IMG/VR virus record: IMGVR_UViG_3300009285_004982
Source of the DNA: a virus
Direction: 5' to 3' (one strand)
DNA length: 62,247 bases
A program made the translations under genes and the position numbers. The notes under the pieces are model-generated. The model was not told the DNA's origin. It worked only from the letters and a program-made list of their open reading frames with translations, and made no database searches. Every line of letters starts with the position of its first letter. Position 1 is the stretch's first letter. Positions 61,110 through 62,247 of the stretch are shown piece after piece.

Positions 61110-62247
61110 ATCCAATATCGGATCTTCTTTCTCAAATATCAATCCAAATAAACGGCCCCCCCCTGTGGGACATTCATCACCCACCGCCCGAGCTTAACGA
61201 ATACCGCCAAGATCCAAAACTCTTCTTAAGTAGCGTTCTGGATGCCAAGCATTGGTGGTCGGGTCAGGAAGAAATCTGTAAATCAGTAATAAAGCATGAC
61301 CGTCTCGCTATCGCATCCGGCCACGCCCTGGGCAAGGATTGGCTATCAGCTCGTTTGATCCTCTGGTTTCTCTACTGTTTCGAACCATCTATCGTCATTG
61401 CTACGTCCGCTAGCGACCGCCAAGTCTCGGCCATTATCTGGGGTGAACTATCAGAGGCGTTTAGTCACGCGCGATATAAGCTTCCCGGCCATTTCATCAC
61501 CAAGAAACTGGTCATTGACGAAACCCGCAAATGGTATGCCATGGGGTTTGCGACGAAAGAAATACGGAACCAACCGGGGAAGATGCAGGGCTATCACCAA
61601 AAAAATACCATGATTCTCTTTTCCGAAGCTCAGGCTATCGAACGCCCTATATGGGAACAGTCCGAATCTCTTATGACCGGATCTTTTGTTAAATGGGTGG
61701 CTATTGGAAACCCGATCATAAACTATGGCCCCTTTTATGAAGCGTGCCAGTCAACATCTGAATGGCACAGTATACGCCTCGACTGCGAGAAGACACCAAA
61801 TGTCATAACCGGGCGGGATATCATTCCCGGTATGGTCACAAAACGCTGGGTCGATGACATGGCCAAGAAATATGGGAAAAATCATCCCACGTATAAGGCC
61901 AAGGTAAACGGGATAGCTCCGGCTCGATCTGTCGACGCCTTTATCGAAACGGATTGGCTTGAGTATGCCAACGGGGCGGGTATGTCCAATGCTAGGATGA
62001 ACGGGGTTAAAGTAGCAGGCGTGGATATAGCTTCAATCGGCGGGGATAAGACAGTGATCACAAAAAGAGATGGGATGCGGGTAATCAGTGTTGAGAAGTA
62101 CAGCGGGCGCAACACGATGGAAACGGTGGGAAAGATCGTCGGCCTTTTCAAAGAGGGATACTATCGCGTATATCTTGACGTGACGGGTATCGGGACAGGG
62201 GTTTATGATCGGCTGGTCGAGCTTGGTTTTCATGATAAAGCCATCCC
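61106..62247 (+). CDS. terL: Terminase large subunit, N-terminal (ATPase) part; the ORF has no stop in the window and continues at 1..444
   Basis: ATG at 61106 overlaps the terS stop (ATGA). Translation reads MNPISDLL...AIASGHALGKDW (Walker-A-like)...MILFSEAQ...VDIASIGGDKTV...YLDVTGIGTGVYDRL. It is in frame with ORF 10..444 once 62171 is equated with position 1. Confidence 0.85.
   Translation, partial: MNPISDLLSQISIQINGPPLWDIHHPPPELNEYRQDPKLFLSSVLDAKHWWSGQEEICKSVIKHDRLAIASGHALGKDWLSARLILWFLYCFEPSIVIATSASDRQVSAIIWGELSEAFSHARYKLPGHFITKKLVIDETRKWYAMGFATKEIRNQPGKMQGYHQKNTMILFSEAQAIERPIWEQSESLMTGSFVKWVAIGNPIINYGPFYEACQSTSEWHSIRLDCEKTPNVITGRDIIPGMVTKRWVDDMAKKYGKNHPTYKAKVNGIAPARSVDAFIETDWLEYANGAGMSNARMNGVKVAGVDIASIGGDKTVITKRDGMRVISVEKYSGRNTMETVGKIVGLFKEGYYRVYLDVTGIGTGVYDRLVELGFHDKAI
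62171..62247. repeat. Second copy of the 77-nt terminal overlap
   Basis: Identical to 1..77. Confidence 0.9.

Noticed and set aside
1-62247. Search for a lysogeny module (integrase, CI/Cro-like switch), CRISPR arrays, rRNA, DGR or retron elements
   Set aside because: No tyrosine or serine recombinase motifs, no reverse transcriptase and no spaced repeat arrays were seen. All ORFs over 200 aa are otherwise accounted for. Absence cannot be proven by eye.

Overview
The window is one complete tailed-phage genome of about 62.17 kb. Positions 1..77 are identical to 62171..62247, so the contig closes on itself, and the terminase large-subunit ORF runs off the 3' end and continues at position 1. Nearly all genes are on the + strand; the clear exceptions are two homing-endonuclease-like genes. 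Gene order: terL, portal (with intein), Mu-F head morphogenesis gene (with intein), small structural ORFs, ADP-ribosyltransferase, scaffold, two tandem decoration-like paralogs, two Maf/DUF115-like glycosyltransferase genes, HK97-fold major capsid, and small ORFs. Next comes a nonulosonic-acid cassette (neuA-like, B12/radical SAM, SAM methyltransferase, neuB-like, TIM-barrel isomerase). Then follow head-tail connectors, a third Maf-like gene, tail tube, G/GT chaperone, tape measure, tail tip and fibers, and lysis genes. An 850-nt regulatory region is followed by DUF3987 and CHC2-primase replication genes flanking an iteron-rich AT tract, a recombination module, about 50 small early ORFs (many Cys4 zinc ribbons) and terS. 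I found no tRNA, rRNA, CRISPR array, integrase or obvious repressor. The main leads are: (1) a virion-module-embedded nonulosonic-acid glycosylation system with three Maf-like transferases; (2) two inteins in morphogenesis genes, one with a Vsr-like endonuclease gene on the antisense strand; (3) an HNH gene overprinted inside an in-frame insertion of neuB; (4) a head-module ADP-ribosyltransferase; (5) a single-chain, internally triplicated fiber-tip protein with HxH motifs; (6) several repeated or structured non-coding elements. All functional calls rest on motif recognition by eye, with no database search.
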